NCBI GenBank assembly: GCA_043228905.1
Contig: JBHGNT010000005.1
Location: forward strand, 15,500,001 to 15,564,000
Origin: Azolla caroliniana
Lineage: Eukaryota; Plantae; Polypodiophyta
Length of the DNA stretch: 64,000 bases
Direction of reading: 5' to 3'
The position numbers and the translations under genes are program-made. How positions within the stretch are numbered: position 1 is the stretch's first letter; every line of letters starts with the position of its first letter. Below the pieces are notes generated by a model that saw only the letters and a program-made list of their open reading frames with translations, was not told the DNA's origin and searched no databases. Below are positions 26,031 to 41,197 of this stretch, piece after piece.

Positions 26031-27515
26031 TGGAAGCTCTTCACCACAATGAGACCTTTATACCTTGCTGGATTTTTGCCATCTCCCTGTTTTAGTTTAT
26101 ACACCTAGTTATTTCGGAGTGCCCTCTTTCCTTTCAACAACTCCGTCAACTCATATGTGTGGTTCTCATGTAGGGAATCCATTTCATCTTGCGTGGCACT
26201 TAGCCACTCTCTGTTTTGGGTGTCCCTCCTTGCTTCCTCGAAGCTGTCTGGCTACCCCTCGTCGGTTAGTAGCACATACTCTTTATCCGTATATCTTTGG
26301 GGGGGCCTTCTGTTCCTCAGAGGGTATCTCCTTCCTCTGTTTACCTTAGCCGGCTCGTTAGGTCCTTCCTCTTCTTCTTCGGCTAGTTCGTCGTCTGATT
26401 CAGAGTCGACTAGTTCTTGCTCTTCGGATTCGACCGGATACCTTCTTGCAAATCCGGCTCCGGATCTGACCCCATCTCCGGATCCGGCTCCCGACTAATC
26501 TGAATCCATGTCTGAATCTGGTCAGCTCACCTTGTTCTTCAGTCAGCATTCGACTTCCGACTGACTCGGAGGAAGTATTCGACTTCTCCATCTCCCAACC
26601 AACAATAGTCTTCTCCTCAATGAAGACTATGTCTCAACTCCGGATCACTTTCTTCTTGGCTAAGTCCCATAGCCAGTAACCGAATTCGTCGTTGCCGTAT
26701 CCCAAAAATATGCATGGCCGAGTCTTGGGGTCTAGTTTTCCCCTCTGATCCTTTGCTATATGCACATAGGGAAGACAATCGAACACCATCAAATGCTGGT
26801 ACGACATGTCTTTACTGGTCCACACCCTTTGTGGAATATCTTCGTCCAAGGGTATTGAGGGTGACCTATTTATCATGTAGACCGTTGTCCTCAGCACCTC
26901 AGCCCAAAACGTCTTGGATACCTTTGCACATGCGAGCATGCTCCAAACTCTCTCCATGACAGTACAATTCATTCTCTTGGCCAACCCATTCAGCTCTGGC
27001 ATTTTCGGCATGGTGTATTTGAGCCAAATTCCCTTTGATTGGTATTCTCGTCGATTATCCGCTTGAACTGCTTTCAACCTTGGTCTTCAATATGGAAGCC
27101 CACAACTTCAGGCTACAGTAGTCTATGAAGGTCACGAAACATTGTGAACCAGCATGAGACTTTGTATCTACGTAACATACATATGTATGCATGAGTCCAG
27201 AGACATCTTCTTCCTCATCGGGGGTCTGGATCGGAAAGAGGCTTTGTTCTTCTTGTCGGCCAAGCAATCGGTGCAATTATCAAGCTGCATCTCCGGAATG
27301 AGGTTATCCTCAGTAAGCTTCCGCATCCCCTTCTTACTCATGTGGTATAGCCTCTTGTGCCACAGCTCATCGGCTGTGCCGACTGCCAATTTACTTCCTC
27401 TTGGCATAGTCGAGCATGCATCAGATACAATGTGTTTGTCTTCCAGGCTCAGGCCATAATCAGGTTTCCCTTGTAGAAATTTAGTGTCCTGTTTTGGAAG
27501 CTACCACTATAGCCC
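26031..27515 (-). pseudogene. Tork-like copia integrase-to-RT-start fragment
   Basis: ELWHKRLYHMS, PELNGLAKRMN, KLDPKTRPCIFLGYG and KRALRN, collinear with ~59100-60660 of the 57303 element. No LTRs. Confidence 0.85.
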
Positions 27516-27888
27516 GGGGACTTCACTATCAAAACTTGTATGATAGCACGTGAGTTCATCAAAAGGGGTTTTAATTAATCAGTGAGATACAGAATATATA
27601 TACATAAGGGTATTAATAAAGATTTGAAAATATTTTTACATAAGGGTATTATCAATTATGTTGAAAAAAAAATTACGTATGCCCATGAAATATTAGATAT
27701 TTCAATGAGATAGTAAAGAATATATTATGCAAAGAATACTCAAATTTGAAGTGGCATACATACATACATACATATACATGCATGCATGCATCCATATATA
27801 CCTACATTCAAACATTACATCCCTGAATATGTATATACATACATACATTACACCCATTTATACATGCATGTTGACTAAACATAAATAT

Positions 27889-28705
27889 ATATTACCATAT
27901 GTAAATATGTACATACACATACATACATGCATTACATACTACATACATATTAAAATTGGCCATATATATTGACATACATATATAGATAATACATACATAA
28001 AAATTACATATTACATTTATACATACACTTCCTTACAAACATATTTTATATATTACCATATGTAAATATGTACATACACATACATACATGCATTGCATAC
28101 TACATACATATTAAAATTGGCCATATATATTGACATACATATATAGATAATACATACATAAAAATTACATATTACATTTATACATACACTTCCTTACAAA
28201 CATATTTTATATATTACCATATGTAAATATGTACATACACATACATGCATGCATTGCATACTACATACATATTAAAATTGGCCATATATATTGACATACA
28301 TATATAGATAATACATACATAAAAATTACATATTACATTTATACATACACTTCCTTACAAACATATTTTATATATTACCATATGTAAATATGTACATACA
28401 CATACATACATGCATTACATACTACATACATATTAGAATTGGCCATATATATTGACATACATATATAGATAATACATACATACATAAAAATTACATATTA
28501 CATTTATACATACACTTCCTTACAAACATATTTTATATATTACATATGTACAAATATATATTACCATATGTAAATATGTACATACACATACATGCATGCA
28601 TTACATACTACATACATATTAGAATTGGCCATATATATTGACATACATACATAAAAATTACATATTACATTTATACATACACTTCCTTACAAACATATTT
28701 TATAT
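27889..28705. repeat. Tandem array of about five ~161-bp units built from CA/TA microsatellite
   Basis: Unit atattaccatatgtaaatatg...aaattggccatatatattgac...cacttccttacaaacatatttt recurs near 27889, 28050, 28211, 28372 and 28558. Confidence 0.9.
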
Positions 28706-29057
28706 ATTACATATTACACACATTTATTATTATACACACAATTATATACAAATGTAAATATACAAACCAAACACAAAAATTTTATATATATATATATATA
28801 TTATATACACATACATACACATACACACATTCCATACATACAATACAATACAATATGTACATACATACACACACAAACATAACACACATCACACATGCAT
28901 ATATACCTACAAGCTACATTCATATATCACACATCACACATGCATATATACCTACATCCATGAATATGTATATACATACATTACACTCATTTATACATAC
29001 ATATTAACTAAACATAAATATATGTACAAATATATATTACCATATGTAAATATGTAA

Positions 29058-30878
29058 ATGGTGGTTCGCTGCCTCCTGCCAGGTAAGGGGTGCTGGAAGG
29101 TACTTCTTCGCAACAGGCTGGAAGCAGGGACTCCCAAGTATGGTAGGCCTTGGCCCGACTCCTTGAATTGGTGTTGCACGAGCGGAGTCCCACCCAAGCT
29201 AGCTTGCCATCCGGAGGACAGGGTCGCGAACTCCATCTTGCGGGCATGGTGCCATCTACGTCAGCATTTGGTCAACCACACCCCGGAGACATTGACCGAA
29301 TGGACTAGACAGCCCCTATTCTGGAATCCTCACGTGCGAACAAGTAACGACATGATGCTAGGGCAACTTCAGGGCCTAGCATGGGGAAAGTTGGCACAAA
29401 CAGGCCTCCTATCTATTGACGATTGGAGACGTATGGCTGTTTCAGGAAGAGCCCAAGAGGACCTTTTCCCTCCCCTCAAGGGACCTACGAAAATGCGGAG
29501 ACTGATAGCTGAGGCAGTTGCTATGGTTCCGATGGGGGAGGCGAGAGAACCTGCATGGTTCGGTCTCTTTGACGAGGTTGGAATGGTCAAGTCGCTAAAG
29601 GGTGTGAGTAGATCTGGGAGAGATACAGTTTTTGGGGACAGTCAGAGCAGGGGCTCTTGGCACCCAATCCGAGTGGTGGCACAGGTTGACAACATCTGGA
29701 AGACAGACCCGGATGTTGCTAAGGTGGAACCCCTTTGGAGATTAAGGGTATATGGTTGTCACCCCCTTGTCGATCTGGATTGGGACCCAGGGGATTTCAG
29801 ATGGAAACATGATGATAGACTCCATCACTTCTTCGATTACACCACTAAATTGGGTCGGACTTTGCAACTGCAGCTGGGCAACCCCCTTCGCAATGGCTGG
29901 CGAACATTGGGCATCCTCGATGAGGCGCTCATTACCTTTTGGAAAGGTCTCTGGCGCCTCCACATGCCTGAAAAGATCAAGCTCTTTTGGTGGCAGATCG
30001 GTCACAATGTGGTGCCCGTTGGTGAATGGCTAGGTAAACGCGGCGGCCCGTTAGGCTGCCCACTGTGCTCTCAACCTATTGAGACTCTGAGACATTGTCT
30101 GTGGGATTGCCCTCAAGCTCAAAAGATCTGGGATAGAGTGACTCGCCTCATTGCGACATGTGAAGTTGAAGGAACAGCCTCGTGGAGCGCTGCGGCATGG
30201 ATTGGTCACTCGGTCGAAGGGTGGATGGACACCGTCAATGCAGATAGTTGGTGCTATGTATGCACGAGAGGCAAAATCGTCAAGATCCGTTTCGTAAGAG
30301 GCTTGCAGCCCGCATACCCTAGGTTTCCAGAAATCTGGATGTTGATTGCAGGTTTCACCTTGTGGTACATATGGAAAGCGCGTTGCCTCAAGGTTTTCCA
30401 AGGTACGGTACGGCACGGCCCCCGGAGGAAGTGATCATGGACATATGGCTCGCGATTATCAGCTGCCTACGAGGGCAACTGGAAGAGATTTGCAGCCACT
30501 CCAACGACATGATCTCTGCCCGGTTGCGCTTTTGGCAGAAATGGAGGAACACACCTATGGTGATGCAAGGCGAGAGTGGCCCGAGGTAGAATTACCAGCC
30601 CCCACGCTGGTTGTTTCCTACTCACCTGCCACCCTCTCTTCATTGTCGGCCCCAAGAGCCGACTCGTACTAGGCAACATTGAAGGTCATCGCCTTAGATA
30701 TAGGTAGCTTCTTACATTAAGTTAGGCCGCAAGGCATTGTAAGTAGGCTGATCTTCTTCTACTTGATCGGAGGTAGACTCCCCGATGTGTGTATAAGTCT
30801 CCTTGTAGACTCTCTATGTAATTATCCTTCCTAACTAATGGGAAAGTAGCTTCATTTTGGAAAAAAATAAATAAATAA
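29058..30878 (+). mobile_element. 5'-truncated LINE (L1/Tx1-like): ORF2 C-terminus with zf-RVT zinc knuckle
   Basis: FWKGLWRLHMPEKIKLFWWQ, CPLCSQPIETLRHCLWDC and LWYIWKARC. A ggtac duplication at ~30402-30411 shifts the frame. A-rich tail aaaaaaataaataaataa at 30861-30878. Confidence 0.88.
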
Positions 30879-31296
30879 TTACATAATACATACAATAAAA
30901 TTACATATTACATACATATATACATACACAAATGCATATATACATACAAAACACACAAAAATAAATTACATATTATATATATGTATACACATACACATAC
31001 ATATTAACACCTAAAGGCTAAGATTACATACTATATATATACAAATCTTCATACTTACAAACAAGTTACATATATTACATATATATACACGTGCACGCAC
31101 ATAAATAAATTAGATATTACATAGCATATATTACACAATATTCAAATTTACACATACATAAATTACATATATACATATATAGATACATACATAGATATAC
31201 ATATTACATATGTACATACATATTCCACATATCACCATATATATATGTATAGATTATACTGGACCATACAAACCACAATACTTATATATATACATA

Positions 31297-31348
<52 letters not shown>

Positions 31349-31543
31349 TAGATATGTATATGTATACTTACACATAAATAAATTAGATATTACATAGCAC
31401 ATAATCCATACCTATTACACAATATACAAATTTACACATGCATAAATTGCATATATACATACATAGATATATTACATATGTACATACATATTCTACATAT
31501 CACCATATGTATAGATCATACTAGACCATAAAAACCACAATAC

Positions 31544-31575
<32 letters not shown>

Positions 31576-33121
31576 TAGATATATGTATACTTACACATAC
31601 ATTGGATATATACATGCATATTACGTACATATTACAAACATACATCCATATACGAGCCATATACATATGTACTAAACATGAAAATATCCCAAAAATATAG
31701 ATACATAAATACATTACATATATACACGTACATACATTCATACATTTACATATATATGACCACATACACACACATACATACATACATTAGATATATATGC
31801 ACATATTACAAACATATTCATACTCATTAAATCATGTATATCGACATATACATATATGCATACATATCATACATTACATATGTACATACATATTCTACAT
31901 ATCACCATATATATTTGTACATATGCCTACAATGTTTAAAGTTTTACAAACAGACATCCATACACATATATACATACATTACATGCATGCATACACATAA
32001 ATATGTTACATACACTTACATACATACATACATTTCATCACAGACTATAATACATACATGTATACTTACACATACATAAATATTATGAACACACTCATGT
32101 ATGCATAGTACACTATTACACATACAAACATACATGCATTGCATATTACATATATATACATATGTACATGCATACATGTACATTCATGTGTGTACATACA
32201 TACATTGCATATGCATATATTACAATCACATTCATATACATTGAATCATGTACATTGTCATATATATGCATACACGTATGTACATTCATACATGGACATA
32301 CCTATATTCATTTATATATTGCTACAGTCTACATATACATAAATTAGATATATACATAAATATTACAATCACACATCCATACACATTGAATCATGTACAT
32401 TGTCATATGGATATATGCATACACATACATACATTAGATATGGATATATGCATACACATATGTACATTCGTATATGGACATACATATCTTCATTTATACA
32501 TTGCTACACATACATACACAGATATACATTAGATATCTACATAGATATTATGCATATATTACAATCACACATCAATACACATTGAATCATGTACATTTGC
32601 ATATGCATATATGCATACACATATATACATTCGTACATGGACATACATATAGTCTTTTATACATTGCTACATGTACATACACATACATACATATATTAGA
32701 TATATACACACATACGTATATATATATATACACCTACATATAGTCTTCTATACATACACACACATTACATATGGATATATGCAAACACATATGTACATTC
32801 GTACATGGACATACATATATTCATTTATACATTGCTACATATACATACACATATATCTACATAGATATTATGCACATATTACAATCACACATCCATACAC
32901 ATTGAATCATGTACATTTGCATATGCATATATGCATACACATACATACAATCTTTTATACATTGCTACATGTACATACACATACATACATATTACAAACA
33001 AATATCCACACACACACACACAAATATACATACATTACATATTACATATGTACATTCATATATTCATTCATTCATGTTTATTCATTGAAGCATACATATT
33101 TTATGCATACATTACATATAC

Positions 33122-33188
<67 letters not shown>

Positions 33189-33955
33189 TTCATTCATGCA
33201 TGCATACATTATGTGCACACACATACATAACATACATTCATACTAAACATACATTCAAACATTCATGTTTTTTTATTTAGATATTTGCCTCCTCCTCCTT
33301 TGCTCCCTCCTCTTCTCTGCTCATTTCTGCGATTGCTTCTTCTCCCCTTCTTTTTGTCCTCGTTTTGCCGCCGCCTCTGAACTCATTTTGCCGCCGCCGC
33401 CGCCGCCACCGCTCGCCTTGTCGTGCCGCTTTTGCTCACCATTATTCTCTGTTGGGGCTGCCACAACTATTCTACAAATATTTTACAGGTACACATAAGT
33501 ACAAACATAAACCAACACATAAATTCTTAGCCACACACACACACACACACACACGTACATACATACATACATACATACATACATACATACATAAACACAC
33601 ACACACACACACACACGGGCCATACATACAATAAACGAAATTAATACATTACAATACAATATGTACATATATACACACATACCTATGTACACATACTTAC
33701 ACATTTACACGTATAACACATACATACAATACAATATGTACACACATACATACATACACATGGAATACAAACAATACATACATAAACACACACACACACA
33801 CATGTGTAGAATATACATACACACATGTACACACATATATATTGTATGGAACATACATACACACATACCTATATACACATATATACACTTACATACATAC
33901 ACATTTACACATATAACACATACATACAATACAATATGTGCACACACACATACAT

Positions 33956-33994
<39 letters not shown>

Positions 33995-34256
33995 TAGAAT
34001 ATACATACACATATGGACACATATATATGTTGTATGGAACATACATACACACACACAAACATAACACACAACACACACATGAAATACATACAATAAATGC
34101 AATACAATATGTACATAATACACACATACCTATACACACATGCATACAATCCATACAATACCTATATACACATATAATGCACACATACATACATAAACCA
34201 ACACATAAACTCTTAGCCACACACGCACACGTACATACATACATACATACATACAT

Positions 34257-34320
<64 letters not shown>

Positions 34321-34458
34321 GCCATACATACAATAAACGAAATTAATACATTACAATACAATATGTACATATATACACATACATACACATTTACACATAT
34401 AACACGTACATACAATACAATATGTACACACATACATACATACACATGGAATACAAAC
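30879..34458. repeat. Low-complexity CA/TA satellite tract with internal block duplications
   Basis: (CA)n, (TA)n and (CATA)n runs. Block ~33507-33770 is repeated at ~34193-34458. Confidence 0.9.
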
Positions 34459-34901
34459 TGTTGGCCGGTCAGAAGAGCAAGGACAAGTGGGAAGGCGGAG
34501 TCGGATCGGATAACAGGAAGTAAAGAATAGTAGAATTATTATTCGGAGGGACGGATCCGGTACAGTTGTACCGATCCGGATCCGGACCGATTCGGATGTC
34601 GGTTGCCTAAGCGCACCGATTGTAACCTTGCCGGATGCCTATAAAAGGACCCGATGATTTGTAAAAGGCTTTGACGGAAGTAATACAATAGTAATTATTG
34701 CGTGTTTATCTGTATCTTCGTATTGTTTACCGTCTGTGCTTAATTGTAATCATCTTACGCGTGTAACCTAGCATCCAATCCTTACCACCCCTTTGGAGAA
34801 GTGTCGGATAGACACCTGTGTTGAGGCTAGTCCGGCCAGGCAGACAACACTATTTTGGCGACCACGATTCCTGCAAAGTGCAGAGGACAACCGAGGGATG
34901 G

Positions 34902-37900
34902 ATGTCTAGACCAAACGACGACCACATCACCGAACGAGGGAGACGATACACCGAACGCGAGCAACGACGGGAAGCCCTGCAGCAAGCCGTCGACGAGATC
35001 CGGCGGGATCGGTCATTCTCCAAAATTCTTCGGAGAGTCGCAGAAGAAGCACTGCAGTTTCGGGTTCTGCAAATCCCCGACGAAGGCAGTAGCATAACAA
35101 GCCTGCAAGAGGTGGAAACGATACTACAGACGCTCGCCGGGGGCAACGGGGACTTGGAAGCATTCGCAACACTTGAGGCGGAGTCGGAAAGCGACGGAAG
35201 CGTTGCGTCCCGGTATAAAAGCAGCCACGACACACTAAACGACCCGGGGGAAGAGGGGTCGGAAGACTCAGTAATACCGGAACCAGAGGAAGAAATAACC
35301 TTGGAGTTCGGTGATCGGCAATCGCCGAGGGAGGCTGACCAGATACCGACAACACCCGCGAAGGAACCGAAGGAGCGGATACCGACAACACCCGCGAAGG
35401 AACCAAAGGAGCGGATACCGACAACACCCGCGGAGGAACCAAAGGACCGGACACCGGCGACACCCGCGGAGGAACTGAAGGAGCGGATACCGGTACCAAC
35501 CGCGGAGGAACCAAAGGTTCTCACACCAAGGCCAACAGCGGACAGAAAGCAGGAGAGTCAGTTGGACGACACGATGCCGTACCCATACCCAAAGTACCGG
35601 GATGAGCCCGACGCGGAGGCACACATGTACGCATTCCTCCAAACATGGGAAGCCAACCATGTCTCCCAAAGACTGACGGAGCCCGAAGCCGAACGATCCA
35701 AAGTCGCCGAATTCGGCATAACCTTAGAAGGACCGGCGGCCCGATGGCACGCAAAGCACTTACCGGGCAGCTTTGCCACATTCGATGCCTTGAAGGCCAG
35801 ATTCCTCAGGCTTTTTCACAGACAAGTTGAGCAAAGGGAATTGGTCGGGCAGTTCTACACCACCCGACAGGAAGAGAACGAGACTGTGCCACAATTCATC
35901 ATTCGGTTTCAGACCCTGCACAGCCAACTGACGAGAGCACCACCCGAAGACGAAGCCAAAGCAGTCTTTTTGGCCGCGCTGAAAGAGCCACTTCGAACAA
36001 TGTGCGGAGTCCTTGATTTCCAAACCAGCACAATGGACCAAGTTATTGATCGGGTTTTAGAAATGGACAAGACTAGCCCCTTCTTGTCGATGGGGATGTT
36101 ACACCGGGCACTCCCGAAGGAGGAAGACCTGAGGTTCCGACAGGCCTTACAATGCACAACATGCCTAAATTCGGGCCACTCAACAGTAGACTGCACCCTA
36201 CGGACACAATGTATGATCTGCAACTCTCGAGCCCATACAACGGACCGATGCGAATATAACCTGTTAAATCGGCAGGCAGCACCGGTTCGACACATAGAAC
36301 CGCGCAATCAGAACCCGGACGAGGATCGATTCCGGAGAGACGACCGCTACCAACGCGAACGCGGTAATAGATACACTGATAGAAGACGCGATAACTATGA
36401 CCGAGAGGAGAGACACAGAGATGGCTACCCCCGGGACCGGTACGACCGAGATGAATGCCCGGAATACGAACGACGCAGAGAAGAGAGGCGACAAGGGAAC
36501 CGGAATTTCTGACGGAATCAGAAGCGTGGATTTTTCCGAAGAGAGGAACGTCGGGAGGCAACGAGGAATGACAACCCGGTATCGGTACCGGATAACCGAA
36601 AAACCGAAGACGACCGCCGAAGCATACCCACCCTCCAAACCGGGGACAAAGGAGAAACGAGCAACAGTCACAAGGTGTACTGTTATTACTGCCGTAAGGA
36701 AGCCCACTATAGTAACCAATGCCCAAGCAAAACCAATGACAAGCAGCCGGAAGTCAACATGGTTACAGCCGAAATAACAGAAGTACAGCAGGTCACAACC
36801 CGGTCAAAGGGGAAGGCCGCCGAGTGGGAAGCCCAGGAGGCAATCAGAAAACAAGCGGCGCAATGGATCAAGAAGGCCAATGAACAGAATGCGGTAGAAG
36901 TAAGAGACCAAAATATGCCAAAAGACGAAGAAATCGTACAGCCAGGAGAAAACCCGACGTGGCAAGCGCTATAGGACTGTCAAATTGTGCTGCCGTTAGC
37001 ACGACTACTATAGTTGGTGCCACGGTTTATGGCAGACTTACAGGCATCCGTGAGCAAACCGAAGCCGACGCCATCACCGGCATTCTTCTCCAACCCGGAG
37101 GAAGGACCAGCGGTGGTCGATACAAGTAGCCCGACGATCACGGCAATCGTGAAAGGAAAGGAAATTGCTGGAACGATTATTGACGGAGGCTCCGGGGTAA
37201 ATGTCATCAGCCGACAAACATGCAACAACCTGGGCATCCGGGAATGGGAACCATGCCCCTTCTAGTTACGCATGGCGGATACCAGCTCAGTCCGACTGAC
37301 CGGGCTTATCCGGGATTTGGAAGTAACGATCGGAGGCCACGTATTCCGGATATCGGTCGTGGTGCTGCAGCTAAATGTACAAGGCGCGTACCCCCTATTG
37401 CTAGGACGACCATGGCTGCGAACGGCGCATATCAAGCAGAACTGGCAAAAGAACATGATCACATTCCGGCGAGGGAAAACAAAGGTACGAGTAACGACGC
37501 AACCACGGGTGATCACCAGTAAGGAAGCAACTCCATTGTATGCGGAAAGCATTAACATGTTGGAGGGATTACCGAACGAGGAAGTCGAGCGGTACCTCGA
37601 GGAACACCCACGAATCGTCCCACTATTTGAGGTGGATATCACGGCGGTAGTAGAACCGTACATTACGACGCCGGATGAACCGGACCAAGCGGCGATCCGA
37701 GAACTGCGACAAGCGCAGAAATCCCTAGAGAGGGAAATGACGATATCCCAAAGGGTAAAAGCATCCCAACTAGAGGAGGTGGACCTCGGCACAGCAGACA
37801 AGCCCCGATTGGTAAATGTTGCAAAGGAATTGCCGAAGGAAGAAAAGAAGGCAATGGTAGCATTATTAACAGACTTCAAGGATGTGTTCGCATGGTCGTA

Positions 37901-40773
37901 CGAAGACATGCGAGGGCTGGACCCCCCAACTCTATCAACACCAAATTCACCTAAGTACGGATGCGAAACCGATCGCTCAACGCAGGTACCGGATGAATCC
38001 GAATTATGCGGCGAAGGTGAAGGAGGAAATTGATAAGCTCCTCTGGGTCGGATTTATCCGACTGGTCAAGCAAGCAACCTGGCTGAGTCCGATAGTGGTG
38101 GTCCCGAAAAAGAACGGCAAAATCCGGGTATGCGTGGACTATCGCAAACTAAATGCTGCAACAGTGACCGATGCGTTTCCACTACCATTTACGGACGGGG
38201 TGTTAGATGCGGTAGTCGGCCACGAAGTTTACAACTTCCTGGATGGATTTAGCGGTTACAACCAAATACGAATGAACTCGGCCGACCTGGAGAAGACAGC
38301 GTTCGTGACGAAATGGGGAGTGTTCGTCGTGGTCGTGATGATGTTCGGACTAAAGACGGCTCCAGCGACCTTTCAAAGGATAATAATGGAAATTTTCGGG
38401 GAATATATCCCCGGTTTTATGCAAGTCTTCCTTGACAATTTCGCGGTCTACAGCCGGCACGGAGAGCATCTCGATCACCTCCGGCTGTGCTTGGAGAAGT
38501 GCCGCGAGTACCGATTGAGCCTGAACCCGGCCAAGTGCGTCTTTGGAGTGGCAAGCGACAACTTACTAGGGCACGTGGTGAGTAAGGAAGGAATCGCGGT
38601 AGATCCGGATAAAGTCAAGGCGATTCTCGAGGCACCAACACCAAATAACGCAAAGGCTTTAAGCCGGTTCCTGGGCCAAATAAGGTGGCATAGCCAGATG
38701 ATACGACACCTCGCAGACTTCGCTACACCATTACATACCGCCGTACACAGGGTACCCTTCCTATGGGCGGAGAAGGAGGAGGAAGCCTACCAAGCGTTGA
38801 AGGTTATGCTGTCGCAAGCTCCGGTGGTGCAACCGCCGGATTGGAGTAAAAGCTTTCACGTCTTCGTCGACGCGTCGGACGTAGCAATCGGTAGCGTTCT
38901 GATGCAACTCACGGAGCCGAAATGGTACCGACCGGTGTACTACGCAAGCCGGAAACTCTCAAAAGCCGAACGGAATTACTCTACGACGGAACGCGAGGTA
39001 TTGGGAATGGTGTATAGTGTCACAAAGTGCAAGCACTATCTGCTCGGAAGGAAGTTTTCCTTCCACGTCGACCATTCAGCACTACTCTACCTGGTCTTGA
39101 AGGCATCCCTGACGGGAAAAATTGCACGATGGACACTGCTGTTACAAGAATTTGAATTCGACATTTTCCACCGACCCGGGGTGCAGCATGCGGTAGCGGA
39201 CTACCTAAGCAGACTCGAATCCGGAGAAGCAGAGGACGGCGTCCAGGATGAGTTCCCCGACGCCGAGTTGTTCCGGATCACGACGAAACCGGCAACGGAT
39301 GCAACGGTAGCCGATGAAGACACGTGGCTAACTGAGATGCATCAGTTCCTGAGCACCGGAGTTCCCCCGGAGAACATGGACCGCGATGAAAGGAAAAGGG
39401 TAGCAGTAAGAAGCAGACATTTCTGCTTGGTTGGAGACATCCTCTATCACAAGGGGGCAGATGGCATCTGGAGACGAGCAGTGCGGAGCGATGAGAAGGA
39501 TTTAATCCTCAGGGAAGCCCACTGTGGAATTGCCGGCGGGCATTATGACGGCGACGCAACCGCTCGGAAAATATGGCAGAGCGGACTGTGGTGGCCCACC
39601 ATCCTAAAAGATGCCGTGAAGTATAGCAGAGAATGCGATTTGTGTCAACGACTGGGCCAACCCACGGAGCAGGCCCGGATGCCACACCACCCGGTCTTGC
39701 CTTTGGAACCGTTTCAAAAGTGGGGGTTGGACTTTGTCGGTCCCTTCAAGCCACTGGCAATGCGAACCGGAAATCGGTATGTCATAGTGGCGACCGACTA
39801 TTGCACCAAATGGGTAGAAGCAAAGGCCTTACGGGACAACACGGCCGCGTCCACGGCAAAGTTCCTGTACGAGTGCATATGGTGCCGGTATGGATGCCCG
39901 ATCAAGCTTATAAGTGACCAATGAGGACATTTTCTCGGGCAGGTGGTAGAAAGCCTGACGTCATTTTACGCGGTGGTACATAAAAGGAGTACTCCCTACT
40001 ACCCTCAAACCAATGGACTAGCGGAATCAACGAACAAAACTCTGCAGAACATCCTACGAAAAATTGTCAACGAGAACCGGACCGACTAGGATACGAAATT
40101 GCAAAGCGCGCTATGGGCGTATAGAACAACGTACAAAACTAGCATCCGGACAACCCCGTTCCGACTAGCATTCGGTTTAGAAGCGGTCATGCCGGTAGAG
40201 TTCCAGATCCCCAGCTTACGGATTCAGGTAAAGGAGCGCTTAAGTGAGAACGAGTCCGAACGAATCCGGCTGGCGACGTTGTTGGAATTAGAAGAAAACC
40301 GAATAGCCAGCTTACTACAACTCGAACTGGAGCAAAGGAGGAGAAAAGCTTTCGTGGACCGACACCGGCGTGGCAACGAAAAGGAGTTCGAAGTCGGGAA
40401 ACCGGTGCTACTATTCCAAACACGGATGGGGAACATGCCGGGAAAGTTGCGGTTTCGGTGGACCGGACCGTTCTGGATCACCAAGGAGTACAATGGGTCG
40501 TATCAGCTCGGCACGTTGTCTGGAGATGTCATCGGCAAGTGGGCAAATGGGTTTCGGCTAAAGCCGTATAAGGGAAATATGCCAGCCAACCCGTTCAAGC
40601 AAAACCCGGAAATCCGGCAAGATGAGGAACCGACACCGACAGACGTTGTTGAAGATATTCGGACCGAGGAAGAACCGACACCGATACTGACAAAGACTAT
40701 CCCGGAAAACCGACAGAAGGATCCGGTATCCACACGAACCGACCCAAACAAATCGGGGGGGACCAGCAAATGA
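34902..40773 (+). pseudogene. gypsy gag-pol (several stops, one frameshift at the C run near 37925)
   Basis: Three CCHC knuckles; protease IIDGGSGVN; RT VCVDYRKLN, LDGFSGYNQI and FLDNF (catalytic D to N); RNase H VDASDVAIG; integrase HCG...CDLCQ, WGLDFVGP and WTGPF. Confidence 0.92.
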
Positions 40774-41197
40774 CGTGGTCCAAACAAAGAAAGAAAAAAA
40801 AGAAAAAAGAAAAAAAGAAGAAGACGTGGGCAAAATCGACGTGAATCATAGTAATGATAGGGAGATCACAAGAGGTGGGAGCGCCACCATGCAACGAAGA
40901 GGCACCATGCATTGAAGAAGGACGTGCGCGTACTTGCTATTTAAAGCATGGAACGTGGGCACTCACACGCGGCAAACAAGAAAGGACATACTAATTATGG
41001 CAGGAGAGGAACATGCGCGGGAAACGAAAAAGGGCGGCTCGAGGCAAAAGCCACTATATAAGACATAGGCCTGCGAAGGACTCACTTTTTACGAATTTTC
41101 CTACATACAGGTGCAGAAGCACAGAAGAGCGATCCGACGCATAGCGCACACACAGCCCGATCCCGAACAACAGACAACAGAAGAAGAATTCGAAACA

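Noticed and set aside
27889-28705. Regularly spaced repeats as a CRISPR-like array
   Set aside because: The whole 161-bp unit repeats with no unique spacers, there are no cas genes, and the context is eukaryotic.
31544-34530. Many His/Thr/Ile/Tyr- or Val/Cys/Met-rich ORFs
   Set aside because: These are translations of CA/TA microsatellite, open on both strands with no domain content.
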